Source: Pirellulales bacterium (lineage in GTDB: Bacteria > Planctomycetota > Planctomycetia > Pirellulales > JADZDJ01). Taken from it: a stretch of 64,000 nt of DNA. Under the pieces are notes generated by a model. That model was not told the DNA's origin, ran no database searches, and saw nothing but the letters and a program-made list of their open reading frames with translations. Positions 20,368-31,524 of the stretch are shown here, piece after piece (the stretch's first letter is position 1; each line of letters opens with the position of its first letter). Made by a program: the position numbers and the translations under genes. Where the stretch lies: contig CAVTYH010000009.1 in assembly GCA_963738835.1 (NCBI GenBank), positions 77 through 64,076 on the forward strand, read 5' to 3'.

Positions 20368-21312
20368 TCACGCGGTGATTCCCTTCGTCAGCGCCATAAA
20401 CGCGCCTTCTAAGTTCAGCTCGTCTTCCTTGAATAGTGTCAGCTTGTGGCCGTGGGTGATGAGCTGCGTTGCCAGATCGCTGTAATCGGTCACCCCTTCT
20501 TTGAGTGTGACGACGATGTTTTGACCGGTGTGATTTTCACCCGGCGCTATTTCAATTCGGTCGACGGCGCTGTGCTGTTCGATCAGTTTCGCGGCGGCTT
20601 CTTGCGGACTGGCAACGGCGATTCGCAGCACAATCTGAGGCCGTACCTTCTTAATTAACTCCTTCACATCTTCATTCCACTCCAACACGCCGCGTTCGAT
20701 GATGCCGATTTTGTTGCACATGTCGGCCAGTTCTGGCAAGATGTGGCTGGAAACCATCACAGTCTTGCCCATCTCGCCAAGTTGCCGGATCACGCGGCGA
20801 ATTTCGATGCGCACACGCGGATCTAATCCGCTGGCCGGTTCGTCCAAGAGCAGAACTTGCGGATCGTGCAACAGCACGCGGGCCAGGCCCAAGCGTTGAT
20901 TCATGCCGCGCGACAGGCTGGTGGCCAAGGCATCGCGCTTGTAGCCCAAACCAACCAGCTCCAATACGTCTTCGCACACCTTGCGGCGTTTTTCGCCATT
21001 GATGCGGTACGTGGCAGCGAAGAATTCCAGATACTCGATCACCTTCATGTCGTCGTACACGCCAAAAAAATCGGGCATGAAGCCGATCAGTCGCCGGATT
21101 TCCTTGGGCTTGGTGTAAATCGAATAATCGCACACATAGGCTTCACCCCAGGTGGGATTCAAAAGCGTGGCCAGCATGCGCATCGTCGTGGTTTTGCCCG
21201 CGCCGTTGGGGCCGATGAAGCCGAACACATCGCCCTTGTTGAGCTTGATCGACAGCGATTTGACGGCAAACAGCTCGCCGTATTTCTTCGTTAAATCGCG
21301 GGTTTCAATCAC
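20368..21312 (-). CDS. ABC transporter ATP-binding protein
   Basis: Walker A GPNGAGKTT, signature LSRGMNQRL, Walker B LLLDEPASGLD. I place the start at GTG 21312 (VIETRDLTKKYG). The longer ORF-track N-terminus runs through a repeat element. Confidence 0.9.
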   Translation of the reverse strand: MIETRDLTKKYGELFAVKSLSIKLNKGDVFGFIGPNGAGKTTTMRMLATLLNPTWGEAYVCDYSIYTKPKEIRRLIGFMPDFFGVYDDMKVIEYLEFFAATYRINGEKRRKVCEDVLELVGLGYKRDALATSLSRGMNQRLGLARVLLHDPQVLLLDEPASGLDPRVRIEIRRVIRQLGEMGKTVMVSSHILPELADMCNKIGIIERGVLEWNEDVKELIKKVRPQIVLRIAVASPQEAAAKLIEQHSAVDRIEIAPGENHTGQNIVVTLKEGVTDYSDLATQLITHGHKLTLFKEDELNLEGAFMALTKGITA

Positions 21313-21337
21313 GGGGTGGCCTTTCCAGTCCGATTTT

Positions 21338-21468
21338 ACCACGGAGACACTGAGGCACGGAGAGGCAAAGAGGGAATGTCGAATGACGAAATTCAAATGA
21401 CGAATGAATGACCAATGACGAAATTCCAAGGAGCGATGTTTGCTCTGTGCCTCCGTGTCTTTGCGGTT
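21338..21468. repeat. composite intergenic repeat: GGAGACACTGAGGCACGGAGAGG-type arms around AATGACGAA-type short tandem units
   Basis: Left arm 21338-21372, core gaatgacgaaattcaaatgacgaatgaatgaccaatgacgaaattcc, right arm tttgctctgtgcctccgtgtctttgcggt (21440-21468). Arm family is shared with 10238-10340 and the core is shared with 23672-23811. Confidence 0.65.
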
Positions 21469-21485
21469 CAAACATGGCTGACCTC

Positions 21486-23782
21486 TCAGTGGTTTTTTAC
21501 CGGCAGCACAAATCGGTACACCGTGTCGTGGCGGTTCATTCGATCGTCTTTTAGCGGCTGGCCGTTGAGCTGCATGGGCGCGGCAGCCGGACCGCGACCG
21601 ACGAGGATAGCGCGGCCGTAATTCAGCTGATTACTCAAATCGACAAACGATTGAAAACGATTCAACAAGCCCGAGTAATTTGCGCCTCCCGCCAGATCGT
21701 AGAACATCATCACTTGCAAAATTCGGAGGGGGTCGATGCAGGCGCGATTGTAGGGGGGCGTTTGGTCCTTGCCGGCAGTGGAAGGTCGCTCGGTCAGTAG
21801 CGCCGCCGCGGAGATCGGATCGCGGCGATCGAACTGCACCGTTTGTCCCGCGTTCAGATCTTCCAGCGGATAGGCGAGTCCGCCAAAGAACACGACGCAA
21901 TTTCGCAGTGGAGCATCCAGTCGATTGGTGAGAGTTCCGCGCAGCTGGCCGCCGGCCGTGGCGGTTAGTGCTGCTTCAGCTCCGCCGGCTTTGGCGTCCC
22001 AACGGGCGATGAAGTTTTTGCTCGACCAAATCGACACCGGCGCCGCCACAATGTTTCCTTGTTGTCTATCGACTACGTACGGCTCATCAAACAGCGGCGC
22101 GTTCACGGCCGCCGAACTCATACCGCCGAGTCCGGTCCCATGTAACCCGAGCCAACTGAGCAGCGAATGCGACGATTCGCTTGAAGTGCTACCGCTGGAC
22201 GCGGCATCGCCAGTTTCGTTTTTCATACCCGTAAACTGTGGTTGCAGCGTCAAATCGTAACGTGCATTCTCGGCGCTGAACAAATTGAACCACGTAGTCC
22301 CCCGCACAAGGCCGGCGTTAACATCGACGTCGATCAAATCCAATTGATTCGCGTGCAGTTGATCGCCTTTCGACCGATTGGCCCAAGCATATGCGGCCAC
22401 GCTGAACAGCACGATGCAAGTCGAAAATACAAACCAGGCGATCCATTGGCGTTTCAGCCACCGATGGATGACAAAGTAGTTCAGTGGAAACAAAAGTCCG
22501 ATGTAAATCAGTGCAGTCGCCGCCACGGCCCAAAAAGGAACCAATTGCACGTCGGCAAATTGATCGAGCGCCGCCCGCAATTGACCGCTGATATCGATGA
22601 AGCCCAATCGCTTCGCCTGGCTGAAGTTTTCCTGGCCGCTCGTCCGACCCGTTCGCTGGACACGGCGTCCAAGCAGTCGTTCCAAAAACTTCGTGCGGGC
22701 CGGCCACTCGGCCAGCGGCGATGTATGCAAATCGAGCCCCACGACAAGCACCTGGCCAAATCCCAACGACGAGCGAAACACAAGTGGAAAACTGGTTTGC
22801 CCCATACCGATCTCGAGTTCCTTTCGATCGGCGTGGACGGTTTTCCATTGTGGCGCCCGCAGCGATTTTGCCTCCAGCCGCTCTTCCTCGTCGGCTGCGG
22901 CAAATGTTTCGATGGCGGCGCGGAAATTTCGCAGCGGCAAATCAATGGTTTGGTCCAATTCACCTGGCGCGAACCGCGCCAGTGGCGCACCTGTGCCGAA
23001 GAGCCGCTCGGCGCCATCGCCGCAGGCAATCAGCAGCGTGCCTCCCAAGCGCACCCAGTGCTCGATGGCGTCCACGGCCCGTGGGTCGAACATCGATTTA
23101 TCGATTGCCGCTGCTCCGGCAACCGCCAGCAAATCGATACCTTCATAACCATACCACTGGTCGGGCAAACGCTTCGGACTGTCGACCGTCACCACCGTGG
23201 CGCGATCAACTTGTTGCTCGTCGATCCGGCGTGCCATCTCTGGCAAGCCGATCGATTTGCCCAGCTCCACCATAAACTCATTCGTGGCGGGCACAGCGAC
23301 CGGTGGATTATTGCCACCGCTGGTTGATAAAGCTTCGACTTCGTCGAGCAGCCGCTTGCCAATTGCTATTCTCAGCAGTACATCAGGCGATTTGCCCGCG
23401 CGGCCAATTTTGAGATACGCCAAATGGTCGCCGCCGGTGGTCCAAATCAGTCGCGGACCGATGAACCGAACGGGTACCCCATCGCCATCGGTGCTTGCAA
23501 TTCAAGCTGACCCGAGGCCCCGGAATCGCCCAGCGCCCCGCTGAGCGTCAGATTCACCGGCGTCCAACAGCCCAGCCTGTAATGGTTGGCGAAGCCGATT
23601 TGCAAGCTTTGGACTTCAGGAAAACCGGAATCAGAACTTCCAGCACCATAGGCCAAACCCGATAGACAAAAAATGACGAATGACGAAATTCGAATGACGA
23701 ATGAAATTCCAATTTCCAAAATCCAATGACCAAATGACAGCGCTGGCGACAGGCGTTTGGAATTTGCAGCTTGGGATTTCAT
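21486..23782 (-). CDS. large hypothetical membrane protein, split by a 1-nt deletion near 23490; start uncertain
   Basis: ORF 23447..23782 (...VQSLQIGFANHYRLGCWTPVNLTLSG...QLELQAP) continues in the frame of 21486..23423 as DGDGVPVRFIGPRLIWTTGGDHLAYLKIGRAG... It has an internal GGTLLIACGDG segment and two mid-protein TM helices. The annotated ATG 23782 lies inside a repeat arm. Confidence 0.55.
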
Positions 23783-23811
23783 TCGTCACTGGTCATTCGA
23801 ATTTCGTCATT
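23672..23811. repeat. imperfect inverted repeat built from AATGACGAA / ATTCGAATGAC units
   Basis: Left arm is 23672-23707 and right arm is 23776-23811. atgacgaaattcgaatgac is present on the left and gtcattcgaatttcgtcat on the right. Confidence 0.7.
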
Positions 23812-23842
23812 CCATAAGCCGCCATTGCAAAACGGATTGCTA

Positions 23843-24382
23843 CTACGCCTTGGCCGTTTCCAACACACGGGCGGTTTTGATCGTCACGGGTTTTAACGGC
23901 CTGTCGTTGCGGTCGGTCGGCACGACACCGATGGCTTTCACCACTTCCAAGCTGGCTGTATCGGCGGTTTTGCCGAAGGCCGTGTACTGGCCATCGAGGT
24001 GCGGATGGGCTGCCAAACAGATGAAGAACTGCGAGCCGGCCGAGTTGGGATCGCTGGTACGGGCCGCGGACAGCACGCCGGGCTCATGCTTTGCTTTGTT
24101 GAATTCGGCCTTGATTGTGTAACCCGGGCCGCCGGTGCCAGTTCCCTCCGGACAACCGCCTTGAATCATGAAGCCCTTGATAATGCGGTGAAAAATGAGC
24201 CCGTCGTAGTAGCCAATTTTCGCCAGGCCAAGCAAGTTGGCTACGTGGCCGGGGGCGACATCGGATGCCAGATCGAGCGTGATCTTTCCGGCCGAGGTAT
24301 CGAGCTGCAGTTGATATTTTTTGTTTTTCAGGTCGAGCGTTTTCTGCGCCGCTTCAACTTCCGCTTTACGATTTTTTGCCAT
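23843..24382 (-). CDS. cyclophilin-type peptidyl-prolyl isomerase
   Basis: 179 aa with YYDGLIFHRIIKGFMIQGGCPEGTGTGGPGY and SAGSQFFICL. Confidence 0.9.
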   Translation of the reverse strand: MAKNRKAEVEAAQKTLDLKNKKYQLQLDTSAGKITLDLASDVAPGHVANLLGLAKIGYYDGLIFHRIIKGFMIQGGCPEGTGTGGPGYTIKAEFNKAKHEPGVLSAARTSDPNSAGSQFFICLAAHPHLDGQYTAFGKTADTASLEVVKAIGVVPTDRNDRPLKPVTIKTARVLETAKA

Positions 24383-24485
24383 GATGCACTCCCTTCATGA
24401 AGTCGTGATCCGATGCGTTCGATCGTCCGCCAACGTACCAGAAGTATTGCAGACGTACAACGATACAAACGCCGTGGAAAACGAT

Positions 24486-25028
24486 TCAAAATGCTGTTCG
24501 ATAGTAAGCCAAAGCCCGCGGCAATTGCGATTGAATCCACGGCGCTTTGGCATCGGAATATGCATGAGAATTGTCGGGATGCAGCAAGCGGCAACGTTGC
24601 TTTTCGGTTTCGTATTCCTGGGCGATTGCCGGATGAGCGCGAAGGTAATCGCGAAATGCCAGATGCTTTTCAATTTCTGGACTACCTAATTGAAAACAAT
24701 GCAGTTGGGCGATTCGTCGGCCTGTGGCCAGATCGTCTAGTGTGCAATAGCGCCTGCCTGAAATCCCGTACTCGCCCCACCACCGATACCCGAGAACAGC
24801 GATCAACGGTTCGGCCGTATCCAATTCTGCCAAATTGCGAACCACCGGCATGAGGTCGAGAATTGGCTTAGCGTGAATTCCAGGAATGGCGGTCGAACCA
24901 ATGTGGTGAATCGCAACGATGTCGCTGCCTAGCACCGACGCCAAACGAGCCGCCTCCCGCTCGGCAGCCGCCTTCCAATCGGGCGAGTGCGGTGCTAATT
25001 CCACTGCGATGGACGCCGGCATTTTCAA
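24486..25028 (-). CDS. GrpB-family protein
   Basis: 180 aa with IHHIGSTAIPGIHAKPILDLM and AFRDYLRAHPAIAQEYETEK. Confidence 0.8.
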   Translation of the reverse strand: MKMPASIAVELAPHSPDWKAAAEREAARLASVLGSDIVAIHHIGSTAIPGIHAKPILDLMPVVRNLAELDTAEPLIAVLGYRWWGEYGISGRRYCTLDDLATGRRIAQLHCFQLGSPEIEKHLAFRDYLRAHPAIAQEYETEKQRCRLLHPDNSHAYSDAKAPWIQSQLPRALAYYRTAF

Positions 25029-25615
25029 CCACTCTTTTTCGACGAACTGATCAAACTTTCGATTCTCTTCAATCGTTCGGCAAACGCTGCATCGTCAAGC
25101 ACCGCGGTTGCGCCAAAAGTCGCCACCGGCTTGGGCAGTTCTGCCCAGCTTTTGCAGCCGGCGATGTAGGGGCTGTCGCTCACGATATACGGTTGCGGCA
25201 TGCGAAAAGTTCGGACGACAAGCACAAACAGGCCGGGGTGGCGGTAATGAAATCGCTGCCGGATTGTGTCGTTGGACAAAATGTGCTCGCCGGACAGATG
25301 TTGGAGGACGGCCAAATCGTGGACTTCAAAGACTTCATGAACGACGGCGTACAGACCGACCAGAAATTTGCCCGGCTGCGGCTCATGGGGGTCGCCAACA
25401 CTGCTGGACAAGCCAGCAGTGGCACCCGGTTTAAGCGCGGACGCGTCTTGATGAAATCGCGTGGGCAGCAGCCAGAACTCGCCATGTTGGACGCGAAAGC
25501 CATCGCACCCTTCATCGATGCCCCCTTTGCGCAGAATGATGGTTTGCTTGCCCGCTGCCAAAGCGGCGCAGACGACGGCCCATTCTTTAAAGGCAATGTT
25601 GTTAACACTTAACAT
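25025..25615 (-). CDS. DUF1802-family protein
   Basis: 196 aa. N-terminus AFKEWAVVCAALAAGKQTIILRKGGI...FWLLPT matches my memory of DUF1802. 4-nt overlap with grpB-like gene. Confidence 0.65.
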   Translation of the reverse strand: MLSVNNIAFKEWAVVCAALAAGKQTIILRKGGIDEGCDGFRVQHGEFWLLPTRFHQDASALKPGATAGLSSSVGDPHEPQPGKFLVGLYAVVHEVFEVHDLAVLQHLSGEHILSNDTIRQRFHYRHPGLFVLVVRTFRMPQPYIVSDSPYIAGCKSWAELPKPVATFGATAVLDDAAFAERLKRIESLISSSKKSG

Positions 25616-25620
25616 GACGC

Positions 25621-26130
25621 TTACTTGATTTTATCGAGCGCCTCTTTCGCTAATCGCGATAACCGCGGATCGGGATCGCCTGCCGCTTGCTGCAAGGCTG
25701 TAGCGACGGCGGAAGCAGGCGGGCCGATTTGACCCAGGGCCCACGCAGCCCGCTGCCGGATGGCAATTTCGCCGTGATCTTTAAGCGCTGCGGTGATGGC
25801 CAAGACGATGTTTGCAGAATCGCTGCTGGGCAAGCCATCGCCGGAGCCTAATCGACCTAACAGCGTGACGGCCCAATAGGCGACGTCCAATCGTGCATCA
25901 CTTGCCAGTGTCGCCAACTTCATTGCATCTTCCGCGCGCGGCGGGCCGAGCGATTCTAGTGCCGCATACACCCAATCGCGCACCGCGCTGTCGGCATCCC
26001 CCATGGCTTCAACCAGGTTGACTGCCGCGGGCTGGGCTGCTTCCGCTAGGCGAGCAAGTTGTTCGGCGGCCGTAGCGCGCACGGCAATATCAGTGCTTTT
26101 CAAATCAGCGGTTAGTTTGGCGAGATCCAC
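25621..26130 (-). CDS. HEAT-repeat protein
   Basis: 169 aa with repeated D..VR..AA.AL..LG helical-pair units. Confidence 0.7.
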   Translation of the reverse strand: MDLAKLTADLKSTDIAVRATAAEQLARLAEAAQPAAVNLVEAMGDADSAVRDWVYAALESLGPPRAEDAMKLATLASDARLDVAYWAVTLLGRLGSGDGLPSSDSANIVLAITAALKDHGEIAIRQRAAWALGQIGPPASAVATALQQAAGDPDPRLSRLAKEALDKIK

Positions 26131-26520
26131 GGATCGGTTCCTCTCGGCGTTTGGGCCGCATCATCCACAAGAGTGCCATGCCCGCGAGCCCCAACGGAAA
26201 CAATCGCGGCCGCGTAATCAACAGCATCGGCAGCACCACTATGGCAAAAGGCAGCCACACCGGCAGCGTACGCAATTGCGGTTCAGCCAGCCAGAGGACG
26301 CCATGAACACGCCAATTTGCAAGCACGCTCCGCGCAACGTTTCCAAATTGCGGCTGTCGGCATCGACTGTCAGCAGCAGCCCGCCGATGGCGAGCAGTAC
26401 GACGGCGATAAGTCCGATTTTGCGGCGAAACATGCGTCGGTAGGCGGCAGGCGATTTAAAGGCGGCGAAGGCATCGCCGGTGGCCAGATCGTTCCGGGCG
26501 AGAACGGCAGAGATCGGCAA
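26105..26520 (-). CDS. small three-TM membrane protein, split by a 1-nt deletion near 26327
   Basis: ORF 26239..26520 reads ...IGLIAVVLLAIGGLLLTVDADSRNLETLRGA. The frame of 26105..26326 continues VLANWRVHGVLWLAEPQLRTLPVWLPFAIVVLPMLLI...LGLAGMALLWMM. Length is 3n+2. Confidence 0.4.
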
Positions 26521-28521
26521 TCAACTTCGATCGAGCGTGTCGACCCAACGCGCCAGCTCGGCCATTTCGTCGGCCGTAAGGAGCCGTGGGTTTTCGCCAA
26601 CGTCGATCACCGTGACCGGATGTTTGGCCTCCCGCAATCGTTTGATTCCCGCCGCGACCGTGGGGGGCGATTTTTTCGCACTGGTGGTGAGAACGGCCAG
26701 GCGCTGAGCGGGATCGTTCTCTGGCGGCCGAACGCCTAGTGGCAGAGGCGCGCTGATGGCCCCCACTCCGCGCACCAAATCGCGATTCTGCGCGGCCAGC
26801 AAATACGCCATGCCGCCACCGGCTTCTTGACCGACGACGACAATCCGGGCCCGATCGATATTGTATTTCTGCACCACTTCGTCGATCGCTTTGCGAATGA
26901 ACTCGGTCTCTGTCCGTTGCCAAAGGGCCGCCTCGGCGCTTTTGGGGGCGAGCAGAATCAGATCGGACGACTCGCACACTGGTTTCCACTGGTTAATCAG
27001 CTCATCGTCCTTATAGCCGCCCGCCGGATGCAGCCACACCACCAGGCCGTACGGCACGTGCGAATTGTATGTTTCCGGCACGTAGGCGATGCAATTGTTG
27101 GGCGCCTCGGGCACTTTGATTTCGATCTTGCCGGTGGCGGGCGGATTTTCATCGGCTGGTTGCTTGGCATCTCGCGCTGGGGGTAACTTCTCGGGCACGG
27201 CTTCGGGCAGCGTCGAGAGTTTGGCTTCCAGGGTTTGCGTTTTGCCGTCGCGCTCGATCTCGATTTTGATTTGCTTCAGCGGTTCGAGCGCCGCCAGTTG
27301 CTCTTGCAACCGCAACCGGTCTTTTACGGCTTCACCGTCGATGGCAACGATGCGGTCTCCGGGCTTAACGCCGGCCTGAGCCGCGGGACTGTCTTTGTAA
27401 ACGTCGCGGACCATAACGCCGACTTTCTTGTCAGCATCTTTTTCATCGCCCGACGGCTCGGCTTCGCGCATCGGCAGCACGCCCAAGAACGGATGAACGT
27501 ACGGCAGGAGTTTGGCAATAAGTTCGGCCGATTTTTCGATGCGCTCTTTGTCGCGGAGGACGGCGATGGAAACCTTCTCGCCGGCATAGCGTGGGCCCAG
27601 CTGATGCCGCAGTTCCGATTGGCTGGCGACCGGAACGCTTTCGATCGCCACAATTTTATCGCCGGCTTTCAGTCCCGCTTCGGCGGCTGGTGATTTCGGA
27701 TGACAAGCCGCGATGATGGGCTCGGTGGTGTACGGATCGCCGCTGCGCAAACTGACGCCGAGCAATCCGGGATGCAGGTCTTCGCCCTTCTTCAGCCGGT
27801 CGAGCACGCGGTTGATTTGCTCCAGTGGCACGGCAAAACCGATGCCCGAGTCGTACCATTCGACGCCGGCCATTTCGCCCGTTTCCATCGGCGACATGGG
27901 CACTAGCACACCCAGCACTCGGCCGTGAATATCAATGAGCGGCCCGCCATAGTTGGAGGGTGAGATTTTCGCATCGGTTTGAATGGCCTTGCCCCACACG
28001 CGATTGAGGGCGCTGATGATGCCGACCGAGATGTTTGTTTTGCCCGCCTCATACACGCGGCCCACGGCGATGGCCCATTGACCGACTTGCATCTGCGCGA
28101 CCGGCGTCGATTCAGGAACCGGAAGTTGGCGTTTGGCATCGAGCTTGTTGATGGGCACTTTCAACAGCACGAGCATGCGGCTGGTGTCGCGTGCAACGAC
28201 TTCCGCCGGAAGGCGCGTTCCATCGGCCAGATCGACGAGAATCTGGGCCGGCTTGTTTACGAAGTTGATGGCGCTGGAAATAATGTAACCATCCGACGAG
28301 ACAACGAGCCCGGTCGTCGGGCCGTTGGCGACCAGCATTTCTCCGATGGTTTCCAAGCCTCCCAAAGTTTCGATGCGCACCACGCTGGGAGCTACGCGAT
28401 CGACTGCTGCTTTCATGGCCGCTTCTTCGCGGACCGCAAGGTCGTCTTCACCATAAAGTAAGGGCGCGAACAGTAGAAGGCAGAAGGCAGGCAGCAGAAT
28501 GCGGCAAACGATTTGGTACAT
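26521..28521 (-). CDS. trypsin-fold (S1C/HtrA-like) pseudo-protease with two PDZ domains fused to a C-terminal alpha/beta-hydrolase (esterase) domain
   Basis: Signal peptide MYQIVCRILLPAFCLLLFAPLLYG. The protease-fold core is present, but IQTDAKISPSNYGGPL replaces the GNSGGPL nucleophile (Ser to Tyr) and the TN.HV His is absent (SSAINFV). Two PDZ domains (AGLKAGDKIVAI, AGVKPGDRIVAI). C-terminal VVWLHPAGG...VVVGQEAGGGMAY esterase-like motif. Start set at ATG 28521, downstream of the REP hairpin. Confidence 0.8.
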   Translation of the reverse strand: MYQIVCRILLPAFCLLLFAPLLYGEDDLAVREEAAMKAAVDRVAPSVVRIETLGGLETIGEMLVANGPTTGLVVSSDGYIISSAINFVNKPAQILVDLADGTRLPAEVVARDTSRMLVLLKVPINKLDAKRQLPVPESTPVAQMQVGQWAIAVGRVYEAGKTNISVGIISALNRVWGKAIQTDAKISPSNYGGPLIDIHGRVLGVLVPMSPMETGEMAGVEWYDSGIGFAVPLEQINRVLDRLKKGEDLHPGLLGVSLRSGDPYTTEPIIAACHPKSPAAEAGLKAGDKIVAIESVPVASQSELRHQLGPRYAGEKVSIAVLRDKERIEKSAELIAKLLPYVHPFLGVLPMREAEPSGDEKDADKKVGVMVRDVYKDSPAAQAGVKPGDRIVAIDGEAVKDRLRLQEQLAALEPLKQIKIEIERDGKTQTLEAKLSTLPEAVPEKLPPARDAKQPADENPPATGKIEIKVPEAPNNCIAYVPETYNSHVPYGLVVWLHPAGGYKDDELINQWKPVCESSDLILLAPKSAEAALWQRTETEFIRKAIDEVVQKYNIDRARIVVVGQEAGGGMAYLLAAQNRDLVRGVGAISAPLPLGVRPPENDPAQRLAVLTTSAKKSPPTVAAGIKRLREAKHPVTVIDVGENPRLLTADEMAELARWVDTLDRS

Positions 28522-28523
28522 AG

Positions 28524-28542
28524 CCCGACCGTGTCGGTCGGG
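28524..28542. repeat. REP-like hairpin (cccgaccg-tgt-cggtcggg)
   Basis: Same family and same flanks (acatag...gat) as 17681-17701. Confidence 0.7.
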
Positions 28543-28595
28543 ATTGTTAGCGGTAAGCTGAAGGCGGTGGGCTGCTCTGGTCATTTGCGCTTTCG

Positions 28596-29632
28596 TCATT
28601 CGTCGCCCACCTTAAGCGTCGTGTCGATCAGTTGCCCGGACCGCAAAATCAGCAAATGCACGTCGGCATCACGGTCCAGATGTTCCAACTCTGTTGCTAG
28701 CGCAGTGCAAGTTTGAACCAACTGGTTTTCAACGTAGACGACAAGATCGTCGGGATGAATGCCAGCCTTTGACGCGGGAGAGCCAGGGCGCACCGAATCG
28801 ACAAACGGCGGAGTTCTTTCGAGCACATTGGGCACCATTATCAAGCCCAAATCGTTGACCGTGAGCGGATTCTGCGGTCGCTTATTCGCGGTGTTCGAGG
28901 GTGTAGGCCGCGCTTGCCCGGCTTTGATTAACTCGACTGCTTCGACAAGTTCGTTGGCCGGCAGGGCGTAATTCAGCCAGGTGTTGTTGCGCGAAGCTGC
29001 GCAGCTCCTTGCCGAGCATGCCCAGCAGCTGACCCTGAACATTGGTCAGCGCCTCCGCCCGCGGCGCCGGGGTTGTTCGTCATTGCGTCGAGCACATAGA
29101 CCGGTCCGTGATACGGCGTTTCGTAGGTGCCGCGCCGAGCGGCCAGCGTGGTCACCGCCGAAACTGCTCCGTGCAGCACGCTCACCGATTCATCGCCGGT
29201 CGCGACGCCAAACAGATTAGAGAAGGCCAGAACTCGCGTGCCTTCAGCGCCCGTGGCTGCTTGCTTCAGATCGAAGTGCGGCAGATCGGCGGCCTCGATT
29301 TTCAGCACGGCCACATCCAGCCGCGGATCAGTCCCCAGCAGCTTGGCATCAAATTTACGACCATCATCCAGTGTGACGGTGATCGTTTCGCAATCCAGCA
29401 CGTAGCTAAATGCGGTCAGCACATGTCCTTCGGCAGAAACGAGAAAGCCCGATTGATAGGCTGGGAGTCCGCGAATTCCGCCGGCACCGTAGATTTTGAC
29501 CACTTTCGGCTGCACGTCGTGAATGACATCGGCCAGTTTGGCGGCCTGCGCAAGCGACGGTGCGCTGCACAGCGTTATGGCGGCCAACAGGCCCAGCGCG
29601 TAGCCGTTACGTGATTTTGATCGATGTTTCAT
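28596..29632 (-). CDS. trypsin-fold/PDZ protein with Ser-to-Ala nucleophile substitution; two 1-nt insertions near 29052 and 28992
   Basis: Signal peptide MKHRSKSRNGYALGLLAAITLCSA, then GHVLTAFSYV (His) and DVAVLKIE (Asp). Frame 1 gives LDAMTNNPGAAGG, frame 2 gives ALTNVQGQLLGMLGKELRS and frame 3 gives NNTWLNYALPANELVEAVE...PASKAGIHPDDLVV (PDZ). Length is 3n+2. Confidence 0.7.
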
Positions 29633-29641
29633 CGCTGCTCT

Positions 29642-31524
29642 TTATTTTGCGGCTGCTTTCTGCAATTTGAAACTGGACAATTCGAAGACGCCAAATACAT
29701 CGTCGCCGTGGCGAACTTCCATTCGATGCGGCAGCAGCCGACCCTGCTCGACGCGGTAGTCGCTGAAATATACCTCGCATGGATCGGCATCATCATCGGG
29801 TGGAAACATTTCGATGCACTTCAGCGTACCGTCGGCTGGGTCGCAATAAAATTGGGTTTCTACTTCATCGCCAATTCCCAGCAAGACATCGTACAAGCCG
29901 GTGTGCCGCGGCAGAGGGCATGTTCCTTCGTAGGTCACCAGCCCGAACTTGCCCGGTCCGCCGACCAGCAGTTTCCGCCACAGATGCAACGCTGCCAGCA
30001 AGCCGCCGCTGCCAGGCGGATTGAGAACGGCATCGAGTCCGTCGGACACCGAGATTTTTGAGTCGCCCGTCGGCAAATCGATTTCAGATTGGTCATCGGC
30101 AAGGTGAATCGTGATTTTGTCTCCCGCGGCCGGTTGCAATGGCATCGGCTGGTCACCAACAACGGGCTGACCAACAATTGTCCAATTGCCGCCAGCCGTA
30201 GAAAAATCGCCGCGGGCAACAAGCTCTTTCCAAATACGCTGCACGTTTTCGCGATTGAAATAAAAGTTGGCGTAGCCTGTGCGCTCTTCGTACTGTTTTT
30301 TTAGTGCCTCGGGCACCGGCGTGCGGATGGCCTCTTCCAAATCGGAATCGGGCTTGGGCAGTTGCCTAGGTTGTTCGCCAGGTTTGGGCTGTTCGCCAGG
30401 TTGCGGTTGGTTGCCGGGCTTTTTCTGATCGCCAGGACGCTGTGGGCGCGGCCGGGCGCCGGCGGTTCCATTTCCTTTTGCGCTTCAAGTTTTGCCAGCA
30501 GCTCTGTTTCGGTGTGAACGCCCATCAGCCGGACGAACGTGTCATACGTTTTTTCATCGCGCCGATAGCTGAGCGCCACGCGCCAGCCCTTCGGGAAAAT
30601 GCCGAGTACATTTTTGAAAGCATTGACGCTGCGAATCGGCCGACCGGCGAATGAAACAATTTCGTCGTCGTACCGCAGGCCACGCCGATAGGCGTCGCTG
30701 TGTTCCAGAATATCGCTGACCAGCACGCGTCCATCATCGGAAGTCGAAGCGCGCGCGCCCAGCGTGGCATGATCGACAATCCGGCCGGCTTTCAGATGTC
30801 CGACGAAGTTTTCAATTTGATTGATGGTAATGGAGTAACCCACACCGACGTTCACCCGGCCGCGCTTCTCGAACGAACCGCGGCCATTGATGCCAATCAA
30901 CCGGCCTTGGGCATCGAACAGGGGTCCGCCCGAGTTGCCGGGGTTGATCGCGGCGTCGACCTGCAAGCAATCGGCGTATTCCAACAGCGTGCCGGCGGGA
31001 TACTGATAGCGATGCACGCCGGAAACCACGCCGTAGCTGACGGATGGATGAAAATCGGTTGCCAGCAAAAACGGATTGCCCATCGCGAAGCACCAATCGC
31101 CAACTTGCACGTCGTCGCTGTTGGCAATTTCTGCCGCGGGAAAATCGTCGCGACCGTACAATTTGATCAGCGCCACATCGCCCACCGGATCGAGCCCCAC
31201 AATGACGGCGTCGTATAACTTGCCATCAGTCATGCCGCACTTCATGAACGTGCCGCACGGCCGGGCGACGTGAAAATTCGTCAGCGCGTAACCATCTGGC
31301 GAGATGACGACTCCTGAACCACCCCCCTGCCCTCCTGGCGCGAAGATGGCCAATACCGAAACGCTGGCTTTGGTCACCGCGGCGACTCGGGCGGCCTCCG
31401 CTTGCGAAACGACGGGATCCACAGCGAGGGCTGAATTATCAGCCGCCATCGACAGCCATGCCGAACTAAGCGTCGGAATAGTGATCGCAGCGCACAAGAA
31501 TCTCGATACCCAACCTAATTTCAT
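29642..31524 (-). CDS. HtrA-like serine protease (intact triad) with PDZ, Pro/Gln-rich linker and a C-terminal ~230-aa domain, split by a 1-nt deletion near 30441-30456
   Basis: TNFHVARP (His), DVALIKL (Asp) and AAINPGNSGGPLFD (Ser), plus a PDZ domain. ...AQKEMEPPAPG continues in the frame of 29642..30340 as RPRPQRPGDQKKPGNQPQPGEQPKPGEQPRQLPKPDSDLEEAIRTPVPEALKK... Length is 3n+2. Confidence 0.75.
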
